This document shows, piece after piece, positions 1-14,442 of a stretch of 64,000 bases of DNA. Source of the stretch: the human T2T-CHM13v2.0 reference genome, Homo sapiens. The position numbers were made by a program, and so were the translations under genes. The stretch lies in NCBI RefSeq assembly GCF_009914755.1, contig NC_060930.1. The stretch is one strand, 5' to 3'. A model generated the notes under the pieces. It saw only the letters and a list, made by a program, of their open reading frames with translations. It was not told the origin of the DNA and did no database searches. Position 1 is the stretch's first letter, and each line of letters opens with the position of its first letter.

Positions 1-1000
1 GAGAAAATTGTAAAAATATGCAAGGAATCTCACTTACCATTCCTCACATTTACAAAGATAATTACCTTCCCTGTGGAAGAAATATAGACGTGAGAAAGCT
101 CAGAAATAAAGGCACCACTAGGGGTCTTAGAACTTAAAAAGCTGTAAAGAACTCCAGAACTCTTTTCATCTATTCTCCTAACTTGCAGGGAGAGTTGAGG
201 GTGAGGGAGGGGCATGGTCTGAGGCCCAGTGGCCACATCTCTAGCCTGTGGCTGGCACGCTATCTACTGCATCTGAGAGAATTGTGGGCAGGGTTTCAGT
301 GGAACTTCTCACCACTGGGTATGTTTCAGCTGCTGCTATGATGCACAGTAGGATGTCATTGTCATCCATTTAACTTCATGCTGGGGCTATATTGTATTCT
401 TTAGTGATTTGCCATTGATTAAGTGTGGATGTCTCTGCTACCACAGAAGAGCTATCTTGCAAGGAAACTAATGACAAAGCCATTGTTTAAACTGAATTAG
501 TCAATCTCCAAGAAGACATCCATCTGTAAAGAATGAGAGGACTAATATCTGTACAGACATGAAAGAATTATAAGATGGAATTGTGGAAGTTAAGGAATTT
601 AGAGGAGGAAGAAGGCATTTGCTCCAGATCACTTTGATAGTACAGACTAGAGTCAAGGAAATTAGGAGGTAATTAATAAGGGTAGAAGTCAGGGGAGAAG
701 GTTTAAAGGGAGGTGGCATACAGGGGATAGTCGGGCTTTTGGAGGTGGACAGGGAGGGAGGACATTTCAGGCATGGAAGTGAAAAGTGAAGATTGTAGTG
801 TCACAGTTCAGTGAAGAGACCTGGCTGACCAGAGCAGAAGTTTTATTTGGGTAAGTGGAAAGAATTGAACAGCTGAGAGTATGGCAGATCTTGAAGACAG
901 GCAGAGGAGAATCAGCTTGAGGTACCCCCCAGAGTGTGCTTAACAGTGATGAGGATGAAGGGGAAAGTAGAGGGTTGGGAGAGGTGAAGTTTGAACCTCT

Positions 1001-1292
1001 TTTTTCCCTTGAGACAGGGTGTCACTCTGTCATCCAGGCTGGAGTGCAGTGGCACAATCACGGCTCATTGCAACCTCAACCTCCAGGGCTCAAGCAATCC
1101 TCCCAACTCAGCATCCTGAGTAGCTGGGATCACACGTGCATGCCATCACACCCAGCTAATTTTTTGTATTTTTACTAGAGATGGGGTTTTGCCATGTTGA
1201 TCAGGTTGGTCTCAAATTCCTGGGTTTAAGCCATCTACCTGCCTTGGTCTTCCCAAGTACTAGGATTACAGGCGTGAGCACCATGCCTGGCC
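1001..1292 (-). mobile_element. Alu (AluJ-like)
   Basis: Reverse-complement Alu consensus with both arms. Confidence 0.9.
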
Positions 1293-1352
1293 GAACTTCC
1301 CTTTCTTTAGTAGACTAGAGAAATTAATTTCTGTAATTCTGTGGAATGTCTT

Positions 1353-1750
1353 TGTATTAGTCATTCTCACACTGCTCTAAATAACTACCTGAGACTCGGT
1401 AATTTATGAAGAAAAGAGGTTTAATCAACTCAACTTCCGCAGGCTGTACAGGAGGCGTGGCTGGAGAAGCCTCAGGAAACTTATAATCATGGTGGAAGGC
1501 AAAGGGGAAGCAAGCATGTCTTCACATGGCGACAGGAGGGGGAGAGCACGTGAAGGGGGAAGTGCTACACGCTTTCAAACATCCAGATCTTGTGAGAACT
1601 TTAGATCATGGAACAGCACTAGGGGGATGTTGCTAAACCATTAGCAGCCACCCCCGTGATCCAGTCACCTCCCACCAGGCCCCACCTCCAACACTCAGGA
1701 TCACAATTCAACATGAAATTTGGGTGGGGACACACAGCCAAACCATATAA
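1353..1750 (-). mobile_element. MaLR LTR (MST family)
   Basis: tgtattagtcattctcacactgct...gggacacacagccaaaccatat matches the reverse of the MST/THE1 consensus. Confidence 0.85.
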
Positions 1751-1842
1751 GCGTATCATTTTTAGATACATTCCCTCCCCAAAACTTTTTTATTTTGTAT
1801 AATTTGTCCTTTCCCCCTTGCTTTAGAATTGCAACCTTGCCA

Positions 1843-1912
1843 ATGGACCTGATCGGTTTTGGTTATGCAGCCCTCGTGACATTTGGAAGCATTTTTGGAT
1901 ATAAGCGGAGAG
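1843..1912 (+). CDS. TMEM14A: TMEM14A first coding exon (exon begins 1827; ATG 1843)
   Basis: Polypyrimidine tract + AG acceptor at 1825-1826; translates MDLIGFGYAALVTFGSIFGYKRR; donor G|gtaag at 1912/1913. Confidence 0.97.
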
Positions 1913-3034
1913 GTAAGCCTAACCCAAATTTTCATGAAAGGGAATTAGTGGGGGTTTGGAGGTTGTGCTAGGTCATGTGAGGCTCTGTAAGTAGGATGAG
2001 AAGCTAAAGATGCCTTAGAGGTGGCTGAAGACCAGCGTGTCTTGGAAGGGACTCATGAAAGGAAGAGGCTTCCGTGGGGCTGAGCATGACAGAGTGTTCC
2101 AACCTGGGGGTTCTGGGCCTCTCTTCCACCACAAAACTCTCACTTCACTTCATCATCAGTTGCATAGTTAATTGATTTAATCTCCCTCAGGACCACTGCT
2201 TATTATTAAATGAGGATTTTTTTTTTTTGCTTTACATAATCGTGGTACCAAAAAACTGAGTTATATTGATCCTGTGTGTTGTAATGAAAACATTGTTAAA
2301 TATTCAGTTATCATATCCAAAGTTGTCTCTTCACCTTTGTCCAAAAGAGGGGGGAAAAAAACTCAGGTAATCAATTAAAGAGTTTTCATGGAGAAAAAGG
2401 AAAGGTCAAATTTTTTTATTTTACTTTTATTTTAGAATCATTTATAGTTATGATGTCTCCTAGTTATGTTTCATATATATACACAACCTTTAGTCATCTT
2501 TCTGACAAACTGTCTCTTACGTTTTAATGACATTTTTTAAATGAAGTTTTTTATTTCAAAGGGTATTGTATTTGTGGCAGTGGTTGACTTGAATTTGAGT
2601 GAAAAAGCCAGGTCTACATGGTTACCAGTTAGCTTCCTTCCTTAAAGGCTGCTAAGAAGTCAAAGACCAGAAGCACCGTATAGCTCTTGTAGCTGGGGGG
2701 CTGGCAGGTAGAATTGACCATCATCTACGATTCCTTAAAGCCTGTAATTCACCTTGGATTTTTGTTCGTTGTTTCTGTCTTAATGTATGTATTAGAGATG
2801 TGTATTTGAAGGAAAAAAAAAGATGATGGCACCAAAGTAAGACCTGTAAACCAAGTACTCAGAGGTTGATGTTTCACAATCTACTTTAGAAAGAACTCAG
2901 TTTAAAATGCTAAGATTGTTTTTGAAAAAAAATTTTCACTGTCAAAGACAATGTCTAAATAACTTCTATTACAGAACAGAAAAGAACATCTGGGCATTTT
3001 TGCCTGCCTTTATGAGAGGTGGAAAGAAAGTGGG

Positions 3035-3062
3035 GAGAGAGATATAGAGAGTGTGTGTATGT

Positions 3063-3109
<47 letters not shown>
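3035..3109. repeat. (GA)n-(TG)n microsatellite
   Basis: Direct inspection. Confidence 0.95.
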
Positions 3110-3110
<1 letters not shown>

Positions 3111-5315
3111 AAGGAATCATTTTATTCTAACTCACATCTCTTCATTGTTTACCAGCTGGTGGGAACAAATGAAATTACATTAGCTGTGAGGTCTCTGATT
3201 TCAAGGGCTTGTTGTCCACCTGCACAATATGGTTTCTTGGCCTCCTGCAAGAGCCCCCTACTAAGTGATCCTGGAAGCCCCCAAGGGTATTATGGGTTCA
3301 CAAGGAAGCTCACTTTGTAGTATAATGTGGGTTAAAAGCATGGGCCACAGAATCAAGCATTCCTGCATTCCAGTCTTGACGCTGCCACTTACCAGCACTG
3401 ATACTCAGGTGAGATGTTTCAACATCTGGGCCTCAGTTCCTCACCTGTAAATTAATCTGTTAGGATTAAATAAGATGATGCATGGTACACATTTCACATG
3501 GTGCCTGGCATAGAATAAAGTTTTAATCTTCTTGTTTTTTTCTGCTGCTACTGCCCTGCCAGTGGGAGGTCTGTGAGCCATGAGGCATAATACCTTTTTC
3601 TAGTTTTGTACTCTAGTTTTGTATTATGTTCTAAGCTGCCAGTGGCTCGAATGTCTTAGAATGTGTGTGTAAAGTGAGTTAACTCTCCTTTGACTTAGAG
3701 CTTCCCTAGGTATGAGTCCTATGTAGCTGGGCCAGGAGACCCTTCTACGGGACAGTTATTGAGAATAATCTTGGGTCGGTGAAAGATGTGATGTCGAAAT
3801 GGTGTTTAGTGGGAGGACACAGATGTATCCAAATCCTAAACTAGACCAGCTGTGAGACACAAGTTGGGTTAAACGGAGAAGCTGATAGATTTTTATTTTG
3901 ATGGGGGTACAGTGGGGAGAGAGGGCAGCCAGTGGCGGGACACAGGATGCTGAGCACTGTGCTTGCCTGGGCTCACCCCTCCTCCCAGGTAGGTCTCCAG
4001 AGAGGTGGATGACCAAGAAGATGCTATGATATGGAGGCTCTTCCTAGGCCAGGTAACATCGAGTGCCCAGAGTGAAAGAGGGCCAGATGGCATTCCCTGC
4101 CTTGTCCCACACTAGGGCTGAACCAGACCTTACACCTTCCTACTCCAGTTGAAGGGAAGGGCACTGACACAGCAATCCCTTCAGAGAGGTGCAGGTGTGC
4201 TTGCTGGGCAGGCTGCTATTTGGACGACCATAAGAGCACCTGCAGGGAAGCTCCCAGATGCATCTTTCAACTCTTTTTAAAACTCCTCTTCCAAGACTGC
4301 CCCACCCAGATCAGGCATCCCAGGAAGTGGGAAGGAAAAGAGCTTAGAGCTCCTTTTCTTGTAGCCCCCACTATGGGTCACTGAGCTTGTTCTCAGGATC
4401 TTTGCTTTCTTCCACCAGCGTGGTTTTCTTGTAAAACAGCCCACAGTCCTGCCACCTTCCTCAGGCAAGATGAAATGTCTCAAGAACCTTCCTGGTTCTT
4501 GCTGCTGGTGAGCCTGCCCCTGCTGTTTGCTGTCTGATCTCATCAAGACTGAAGTGTAGACACTGCCACTTTCTCCACATACTTAAGTGTGCGTGTTTGG
4601 TGGTGGTGGGGAGGGTGGGGTGGGGTGATCCTAACAGTAAATAAACCTTCAGGGTATACAGAAAGGAGCATCATAGAATCTCTAGGTGAGAAGACACCTT
4701 AATGGTCACCTAGTTGTGCATTTCAGAAAGTGTTTTAATCTCCTTAATATCCTTATCTGGTATCTTCTGCTTGAACATGACCCATAATAGGGGTGCATTA
4801 AATCAGTATTTATCAAGTGCTCCTATGTACCTGGCCCTGTGTCTCGCCCTGGGGAAACAGCAATCGCTCACAAGTGAGTAAGGGCAGACTGACATTCAAT
4901 CCATGAACAGCATATAAACATATGATCAGGAATAGCGGAAGACTATGATGGGGGCCCTTGTTCAGAATGGTGGGTTGGAGAAGACAACACTTAAGCAGAC
5001 ATCCGAAGGTGAGCTACACTTGGCCAAGTGAACAGTGCAGAGACAAGCAGTCTGCACAAGGAACAGTATGTCTGAAAGCCATGACGAATAGAGTTTGGTA
5101 TATTCAGAGAACTGAAAGAAGGCCAGGGTTCCCACAATATAGCAAACTGGATTATTTTTCCTAAGAGCTTTGGGAAGCACTAAGGTTTTTAATTAGGAGA
5201 GTGACCTGTCCAGATGTATGTTTTTAAAAGATCATCTTACTGTGTTTGAAGAATAGCTTTTGGGGGAAACAATGTGTAATTTAACATTATCTCCAACTGT
5301 AACATTCTAAGCCAC

Positions 5316-5504
5316 TATATATTTATATATTTATATATATATATATATATGTATATATATGTGTATATATATATGTGTGTATATATATGTGTGTGTATAT
5401 ATATGTGTATATATATATATACATATATGTATATATATATATACATATATGTATATATATATATATATACATATATGTATATATATATATACACATATAT
5501 ATAT
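5316..5504. repeat. Compound (TA)n/(TG)/(CA) microsatellite
   Basis: Direct inspection; source of the spurious YI-repeat ORFs. Confidence 0.95.
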
Positions 5505-5644
5505 GGCATGGATGATTAACCCCGTTTTACAACTGCTAAAACTTAGAGAGGCTAAGTGACTTAGCCAGAGTCCTTTAGCCAGCAAGTGAAAGAATTAGGA
5601 GTAGAACCTAGCGTGTTTGTCTTCTCATTCAGAATGCTGCTCTG

Positions 5645-5732
5645 GTGTGTGTGTGTGTGTTGTGTGTGTGTGTTTGTGTGTTGTATGTGTTGTGTTTGTG
5701 TGTTTGTGTGTGTGTGTGTATTGTGTGTGTAT
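5645..5732. repeat. Imperfect (TG)n
   Basis: Direct inspection. Confidence 0.9.
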
Positions 5733-6598
5733 GCATGCATGTGCTGCAGTGGTTCTTAACCCTGGCTGCACATTTGAATTTCCAATGGATATTTTAAAAA
5801 TGAGATGCTTTGACCCTACCCCCCAGGGATTTTAACCTAACAGATTCTAAATAGGGTGAGTTCCATGAAGCAAGGATTGTGTGTGTCTTATTCATAGTGT
5901 CACTGCCATGTAACCCACTGTCCAGTGCACAGAAAGTGCTTGGTGTTTGCCACAGTGCTCTGGGGTGGGTATGTGGGTTGGGGGCTGGGAGTGTACTGGT
6001 GGGGTGAGTGCATGGGATAGGGACTGGGTAGCTGGGGTCAGTATTCTGATTCTTCGTCTTTCTTGGTAGGGCCTCTATTAGTCCTTGAGTCCTGACATCT
6101 TGAGGCATGAAGGTTTGTTAATTATTCAGGATGGAACCATTGCTTGGTTTGTATAGCACTTCTGTCTTTACCTCTATAAACTAAAACTACCTTTGCATCT
6201 TAGTTTTTATCATCACAACCTCATTGCAAAAAGGAGGCAAAGAGAATAGGAAAAATTAAAAAAGAAGGGCTTAAGGAAGTTAAATAATTGTCCAAGATCA
6301 TGTAATCAGTGTCCAAGCCACCAGAACAAGGCAGGTTTTCTTATTTCCCCAAGTGACATCTAACCCCACTGCACTGCTGTGCCCTCAGGGCTCCTCTGCC
6401 TTGCATTTGGGTTCAGCAGGAAACAGTCATCTCCTAGAAAGTATCCATGAAGAGGCCTATTCTTAATTTGGCTTTGTCCAGTTACTGTGCCCAAGTAGGA
6501 ATACATTTGAAGGTGCCTGTATCATACTAGAAGTAATGGAATGAATTCCTTTCCTTTTGGGATTCTCTTTGTGATCTCATATTTTTTTCCCCTTCCAG

Positions 6599-6700
6599 GT
6601 GGTGTTCCGTCTTTGATTGCTGGTCTTTTTGTTGGATGTTTGGCCGGCTATGGAGCTTACCGTGTCTCCAATGACAAACGAGATGTAAAAGTGTCACTGT
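6599..6700 (+). CDS. TMEM14A: TMEM14A second coding exon
   Basis: ttttttccccttccag acceptor; (G)GVPSLIAGLFVGCLAGYGAYRVSNDKRDVKVSL; donor gtaagt; phase 1 matches the previous exon. Confidence 0.97.
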
Positions 6701-7963
6701 GTAAGTAAGGCATTTTTCCTGGTTACAGAGACTCAAACATTGGAGGTGATCTTTTTGATACCCTATGCTAGATATACTAGAACATATTTAGTCAAATGGC
6801 AAATGGCCATATGCATGTGTTGAGGCTGAATACAACACTTATTCCTTTCTAGAAAGACCTGATAAAAAATGATGGTACTGCTACCAGGCCTTCCAACTCA
6901 GAAGAATATTTCTATAAAAACTCGTTACTAGAAAAATTGAATTAGGAAAAGCAAGGAATTATTTTCAGATTTTCTGCTAACTCTCCTAAATGCATATTTA
7001 GCATAGTTTTTACATTGCTGTGGAAATAACTAAAAAAGAGACAGCCTTGCATTATTTCATTTAATTCACAAACATCTTTTAGATTCTGCACTGCCTTAAG
7101 ACTTAACCTAAAAAAGCAAGGCTGACGCTTTTTTAGCTACTTCCCTTGTTAAGTTTAATGGGAGAATATCCACAGAAAAAATGGAAACCTGTGTGTTTAA
7201 AGTCACCAGGACACTTGACTTTCATCTCACTTGAAAGAGATACACAGTGAAGATTTAGAAAACCATACCAAGGACATTTTCTCTAGTTGATTTATTATTC
7301 AAAGTGCCTTGGTCGTGTATGGAAAAAAATATAAATGAAGACAAAATTGTTCTATATTTGAAGGAGAGTGAGAGATTTGGGGTTTTTTTTTTTTTTTAGT
7401 TATTTTTATAAGGGGCTAGGGATATTTTTAGTAATGAGGTTGTGTTAGATGTATCAGCCAGATGTAGTGATATTAGGATTTTTATTGATATGCATTTAAA
7501 TAGTTCACAAGTATTTATTGTCAGTCATTTTATTTTTTATATCAATAAACAGTTTTTCTTTGAAAGCTGTTTTTAAATTGTGGCATTGATGTCCTAATCT
7601 CTTACATAAAACTACCTCTCCCTTCATAGATACAGCTCCAAAAAGGCTGACATGATGCTTCTGAATAAAATACTATTGCTTAGACTATTATTTAGTCTCC
7701 AGGCATCAAATTCTCCAAAATGGGATGCTACAAAACAAAACCAATCAGCCTTCTTTTTAGTATTTTTTTTTTATTAATCAGATCTTACTTGTAAAAGATA
7801 CATTAACTATTTTCTTTATATTCAGTTAACTGAACATTAATGAGTGTCTCCTGTGGGTCCAAGTGTGCTACTTAGTGTTTCTGAGGGAAGTTGAATAAAG
7901 CTCAGTGCTAGCCTTCAAGGCGTGTTCTTTGAATAGAAATTTAGGTTAGAAAAAGACTTTCTT

Positions 7964-8708
<745 letters not shown>

Positions 8709-8861
8709 TAATAGAGCACTTTATCTTTTCAAGACAATGGCAACTCAGTACCTATCCATAATAGTTGTAATGTTAGAAAGCTTTAAATGGTACCCGCTGT
8801 TTTCCCACAAGCATTGATAACATGTTTGAAACTCTGGTTCATGAATTAGTTTGGTTTTCAG

Positions 8862-8949
8862 TTACAGCTTTCTTCCTGGCTACCATAATGGGTGTGAGAT
8901 TTAAGAGGTCCAAGAAAATAATGCCTGCTGGTTTGGTTGCAGGTTTAAG
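8862..8949 (+). CDS. TMEM14A: TMEM14A third coding exon
   Basis: ttttcag acceptor; (F)TAFFLATIMGVRFKRSKKIMPAGLVAGL; donor AG|gtaagt. Confidence 0.97.
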
Positions 8950-10095
8950 GTAAGTAAAACTATTTTGATCAATACTTTCCTCTGCTGTTGTTTTGAAGTG
9001 CTGAATTTTTGGGAAACATCAATTTTAATTTGAAAGATCAAAGTCCTTTTTGTTATAATAAGCATGACAGTAAAAACCTTAAGATAGCATGGATTCAGTG
9101 GGTCTTTGATATTGATGTACCCATGAACATTCTTATTGGATACGCATAGTGTTGCTGTAGTATCTGGTCACATAGGCATACTTGCCTTTTTCAGAAGAAA
9201 GAGCTAACTAAACTCAGCCTCATTTTTCCTCAAGATTCACCCATCTGCAACACTAAATGTGTTCATTTAAATCTAATACTCAGTCCCTTTTAGAGAGTTT
9301 GACAGAGTGACAGTGTGATACAGTTATTTCAAGTTTTTAAGGGACAGAAATTTAATATTTTTAAGAGTTTTTAAGAGAGAAGTTTTAATATTTTTTAAAA
9401 GATAAACAGAGGGCCTCAAGTTTCTCTTAATTTGATCCAGTAATTCTATCCATGAGATTAAGCATATTACCAAATAAAAATTTAGAGATAACATTTTAAA
9501 AATTTCTCCAGAAAGCTGGCTTTATATGTTGAAAGCCATAAACATGTTTATTTCCTTTGATAGACATTTTCACTTTTTGGAATTTATTCCAAAGCAGTGA
9601 GATATGCACAAAGACTGATGTTCATTGCAACTTTATTTCTAGTGAAAACACAATAGACTGAAAAATTAGGAACAACCTAACAGTTCACCAGTAAGGAGAT
9701 GTTTGAAAAAATGTTTTGTCCATTTAATGGAATATTGAATGAGCATTACATTTTTATGTTTTCAAAAATGATTTGGTGGCATTGGAAAATCTTAGTGACA
9801 TAATAAGGTATAAAAACAGGATCAAAACAACCACATATAGTGTGATTAAAAAAAGTTTGTGTATAAAAAAACAGGAAGGAAATATTTCAAGCTGTTAGTG
9901 TTTTTCTGTGGGTGATAGTGTGATGAATAATTGTAATGTTCCTCTTTCTACTTTTGTGTAGAATTTTCTAGTGTGACTATGTATTATGTTTCAGGGAGGG
10001 GAGGAGGAGTGTGATTACAAAAGACAGCTTTCCAGTTATAGCCCTGTTCTAAAAGTGATACTTGGTGGTGGGAAGAATCAGAAGTAGGGTTTATG

Positions 10096-10397
<302 letters not shown>

Positions 10398-10793
10398 GAA
10401 GTAGGGTTTATGGATCCGGAAGAAGGCCTCAGTTAATAGAAAGTAGCTGAGATTGAATTAGTAACTGCCCCAAGTTGGTCCTCGATTATTTTTTCAAGTT
10501 GCTTTATTTTACTAGCTTCTGAAAGTTTGTTTCTTCCCAAACCTTTCTCTTATAAACCCTCATCCAAGGTTTTCAGAACAACAGGTTCTGATTTTTCCTT
10601 ATTCATTTAGCGAACATTTTAAAGTGGCTAATTCAGTTATGTCTGGGATGTTTTAATCCTCCAAGGGGTTGAGCTGGGAGAGCCCCCAAGCCAAGGATTA
10701 GTAACACTACTGGGTAGGCGAGTGCATGGCCCTTTCTGTCTTATGCCAGATAAAAGTGACTCTCCCTTTGTCTTTGTTTTATTTTAAATCCAG

Positions 10794-10833
10794 CCTCATG
10801 ATGATCCTGAGACTTGTCTTGTTGCTGCTCTGA
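10794..10833 (+). CDS. TMEM14A: TMEM14A last coding exon
   Basis: Acceptor cag 10791-10793; (S)LMMILRLVLLLL-TGA; the four exons sum to 70+102+88+40=300 nt = 99 aa + stop. Confidence 0.97.
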
Positions 10834-11349
10834 GCATCTGGAGGAACAGAAAACTAAGTTCATGTCATCCTGCTGTAATGGGCAGAGCATATTTTTTTTG
10901 TATTTAAAAGATAAACTTCAATATGGAATGCTAGAAACACAAATAGCACTGTCACCTCTAATATGAACATTAGTTTGAGGTAGTTTTTTTCTAAAGCAAA
11001 AATTTTAACTGTTTTCTAATTGTCAAGCACTATTTTCATTAAAAGTGTCTAATGAATCATGATATACTCTTCCATTTGTTGTGTCTATTTTTTATATATT
11101 TGGTATTTTTTGAAAATTCCAAATACTCATGTCTCAAGTAAGCTTAAACTACAACTTGTCACATAAAGGAAGTCTTAAGTGGAGTTCACAGAATGATAAT
11201 GTATCTATTTGTCATTTGTGTTATATTTGAAATTATTAGAAATTATGCTTTTTCCATTTTAATTGTATTGCTGCCAGTGCTATTTTTTTCTTTAAAAAAT
11301 TTTATTCTTAGCACACTGTTATGTCCTAACTGAATGTATTCAGTATTCA

Positions 11350-11355
11350 AATAAA
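11350..11355 (+). terminator. TMEM14A: Polyadenylation signal AATAAA of TMEM14A (weaker ATTAAA at 11038-11043)
   Basis: AATAAA ~520 nt after the stop, followed by U/GU-rich downstream sequence. Confidence 0.75.
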
Positions 11356-12541
11356 AGACATTTTGGTTCAAACCTGTTTCTTTCATGTCAGTTTTTCCTC
11401 TGAATACTCAAATCATCTTTGACATTTAAATATTCAATTATTAACGAAAAGGGTTGAGAAGGAGGGTTTATTTAAGCCAACATTCTACTTCCTGAGGCGT
11501 AGATATTTTTTCTCTCTGAAAGAGTAACGATTCTGAAACAAACTGATTTTGTTTCAAATTACCACTTTATTTTTAGGCATAGTTATAACTTTTAATGTCC
11601 AAGGCACTTTTAGGGCCCAAATTGAACATCGGGAGACCTGAATCCCAGCCCAATTCTTCCACCCACTTGATGCTCTTTGGAAGGTCATTTCCTTTTCCTC
11701 TGACTCAGTTTCTCATTCTTAAGGAGGAATTGAACTAAATGATCAACCCTTTAGAGCTCTAAAAATCTACAGTTCCTATCCTGTTGGTTATGTGCAGTGG
11801 TGTCATACTTCAAACCCTTTCTTTAAGTGAAAGCGTAGGGTCCTCAACTGATAACGGCAGAGTTCATATGGTTCTGTTAGATTGGTTACCTTTCCCAACT
11901 GACTTTCAAGGAGGTTGTTAAACTTTCAGTGATAAGTAATTCAATTAAGGGAAGAAAAAAGCTGTACCAGTTGAACCGAATAGGAAATCTAGATAAAATT
12001 ATTTGATGTACTTAAAAAAATCCCAATTTAAAGAAGAAGAAAGAAAATCCCATAAATCCTAATGGTGGCAAAGAGGTTGTTACCACAGGCAAGGCTGGAA
12101 AAAGCCGTCATCATTGAGGTGCTCTGCTCACTTGCTAGCTGTCAGAGATGACTGAGGAGAACCTTCAGATTCAGACTGACAGCAGCTTATAGTCAAAACT
12201 GATTACGATACTGAAGTAGAAACTAACTGTGAAATTGATCCTAGAAATACATGCTGTGTCTGCAGAATACTCTAGTGATTCAAAGTTTAAGAAACTGGTT
12301 TGAAGCTATGCTGTTCCCTGGACTTTTCCCAAAAGGTCATAGAAGTGAATGATAGTGATGTGTGTGCTTTTTTTGTTTTGTTTTTAAAGAAATCTTTGGC
12401 ATCCATTTGCATATTTGTGATTTTACTCTTTTGCAATACGTAGAATCCAGAAGGATTCATATTTGGATGGCTCTGATTAATTGGTGTTTTCTTGTTTTAT
12501 GAAAAGTAGAAGAGGCTCTGTAACTTACAGGTATTAGGCAG

Positions 12542-12570
12542 TTTATTTCCTCATGTCTTATTACTTTATT
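12542..12570 (-). terminator. Two AATAAA signals downstream of the GSTA pseudogene stop
   Basis: tttatt at 12542-12547 and 12565-12570, 90-120 nt past the TAA on the minus strand. Confidence 0.5.
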
Positions 12571-12659
12571 ACATTAATGTGGCTTTATGATATTTTTATG
12601 GGTCTGCTACCAATGCATAGTGAAATATTTACTACGTTTCTTAGACTTTGTTTCATTTG

Positions 12660-12830
12660 TTAATACTCAGCTACTGTAGTGCTCATGTTTTTAAGAAACA
12701 GGCCATGTTCAAATTTAAATATATTCTTCACAGTCTCAATGGATTCTTCATCCAGTGGAGGCTTCCTTTGGCTTCCAGGTTGGAGAAATTTATTAATTGT
12801 GGGGATGTGGCTGATTCTGGCCTTGAATTT
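12660..12830 (-). pseudogene. GSTA8P: GSTA pseudogene last coding exon
   Basis: ttttag|[59 protein letters not shown]. Confidence 0.95.
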
Positions 12831-13783
12831 CTAAAATGCAAAAGAATACTATCCAAGAGAGAAGAATATAACAAAACAAAGTAAAATGCAAATGAGCCAC
12901 ATTCTGGTGGAGGTGGGGGATAATTGGGATTTTCATACATTGTGGACATTGCAAAGTGATACTGCCACTTTGCAAGTTAGCAATATTTCTCAAGAACCAC
13001 AAAAACGTTCATAGGCTGTTACGAAGTGATTCCATTTTAAAAATTGTGTCCTAATGATGTAATCTTAAATGTGGAAAAATCTATACCTACAAAGATATTG
13101 TTGCAACACTATTTATAAAAACAAACATTCTAAAGCATCCTGGTATACAATAAAGAGAAGTCCTCATTTTTCTTATACCAGAAGCATTTTTCATGTTATG
13201 TAATCTTTGAAAACTTTAAGTGGCTGCATAGAATTCTATCCAATGAACATATCCTCATTTATATAGATGTTTCTCAGTTTAATATTAGACATTTAAGTTG
13301 TTTATGATTTTCACTATTTAAAATCAGGTTAGGCTGTGGCATGGGTGAAAGTGGCCACTTTGGCGGTGCCTCGTCCTCACAGCTAATGGGAAGCAAGCGT
13401 GTTCTAGAAAGCCAGAGTCTCCAGCGACCCCTCTTACCACCATCATGGCAGTCCCAGGTTGCAACAAGGACAGTGTCAGAGCAGGCTGTAAAAAATATGG
13501 CTTCCTGGTCACCTGACTTTTGAATGCTGCAACTTTCTCCAAGTAGACCCCAAAGGGACATAGTTTTGGATGTCAGCAGTGCAAACAGTGAAGATTGATG
13601 AATAAAATGAAGAATGAATAAATTGCAAGCATTACTGGAAAAAAAGAATAAATGAAGAGGAGAAGAAAAAGCAAAGAGAAAAGCAATTTTTTTAAAAAAG
13701 GAAAAGGTCTTATTCATCCAGTTCCACTGAAAAGGACATTTCAAAAGAAACAAAAATATCAGAACAAAGAAAAGAAAAAAAAA

Positions 13784-14442
<659 letters not shown>

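Noticed and set aside
1720-1971. 83-aa ORF suggesting an N-terminally extended TMEM14A
   Set aside because: It starts at TTG inside an MST LTR in the intron and reads through both splice sites; only 1843-1912 is coding.
5315-5835. YI- and CV-repeat ORFs
   Set aside because: Translations of (TA)n/(TG)n microsatellites.
12000-12360. Purine-rich stretch that looks like decayed coding sequence (possible old transposase or retrocopy)
   Set aside because: No sustained frame, motif, poly(A) tail or TSD could be identified by eye; needs Dfam/tblastx.
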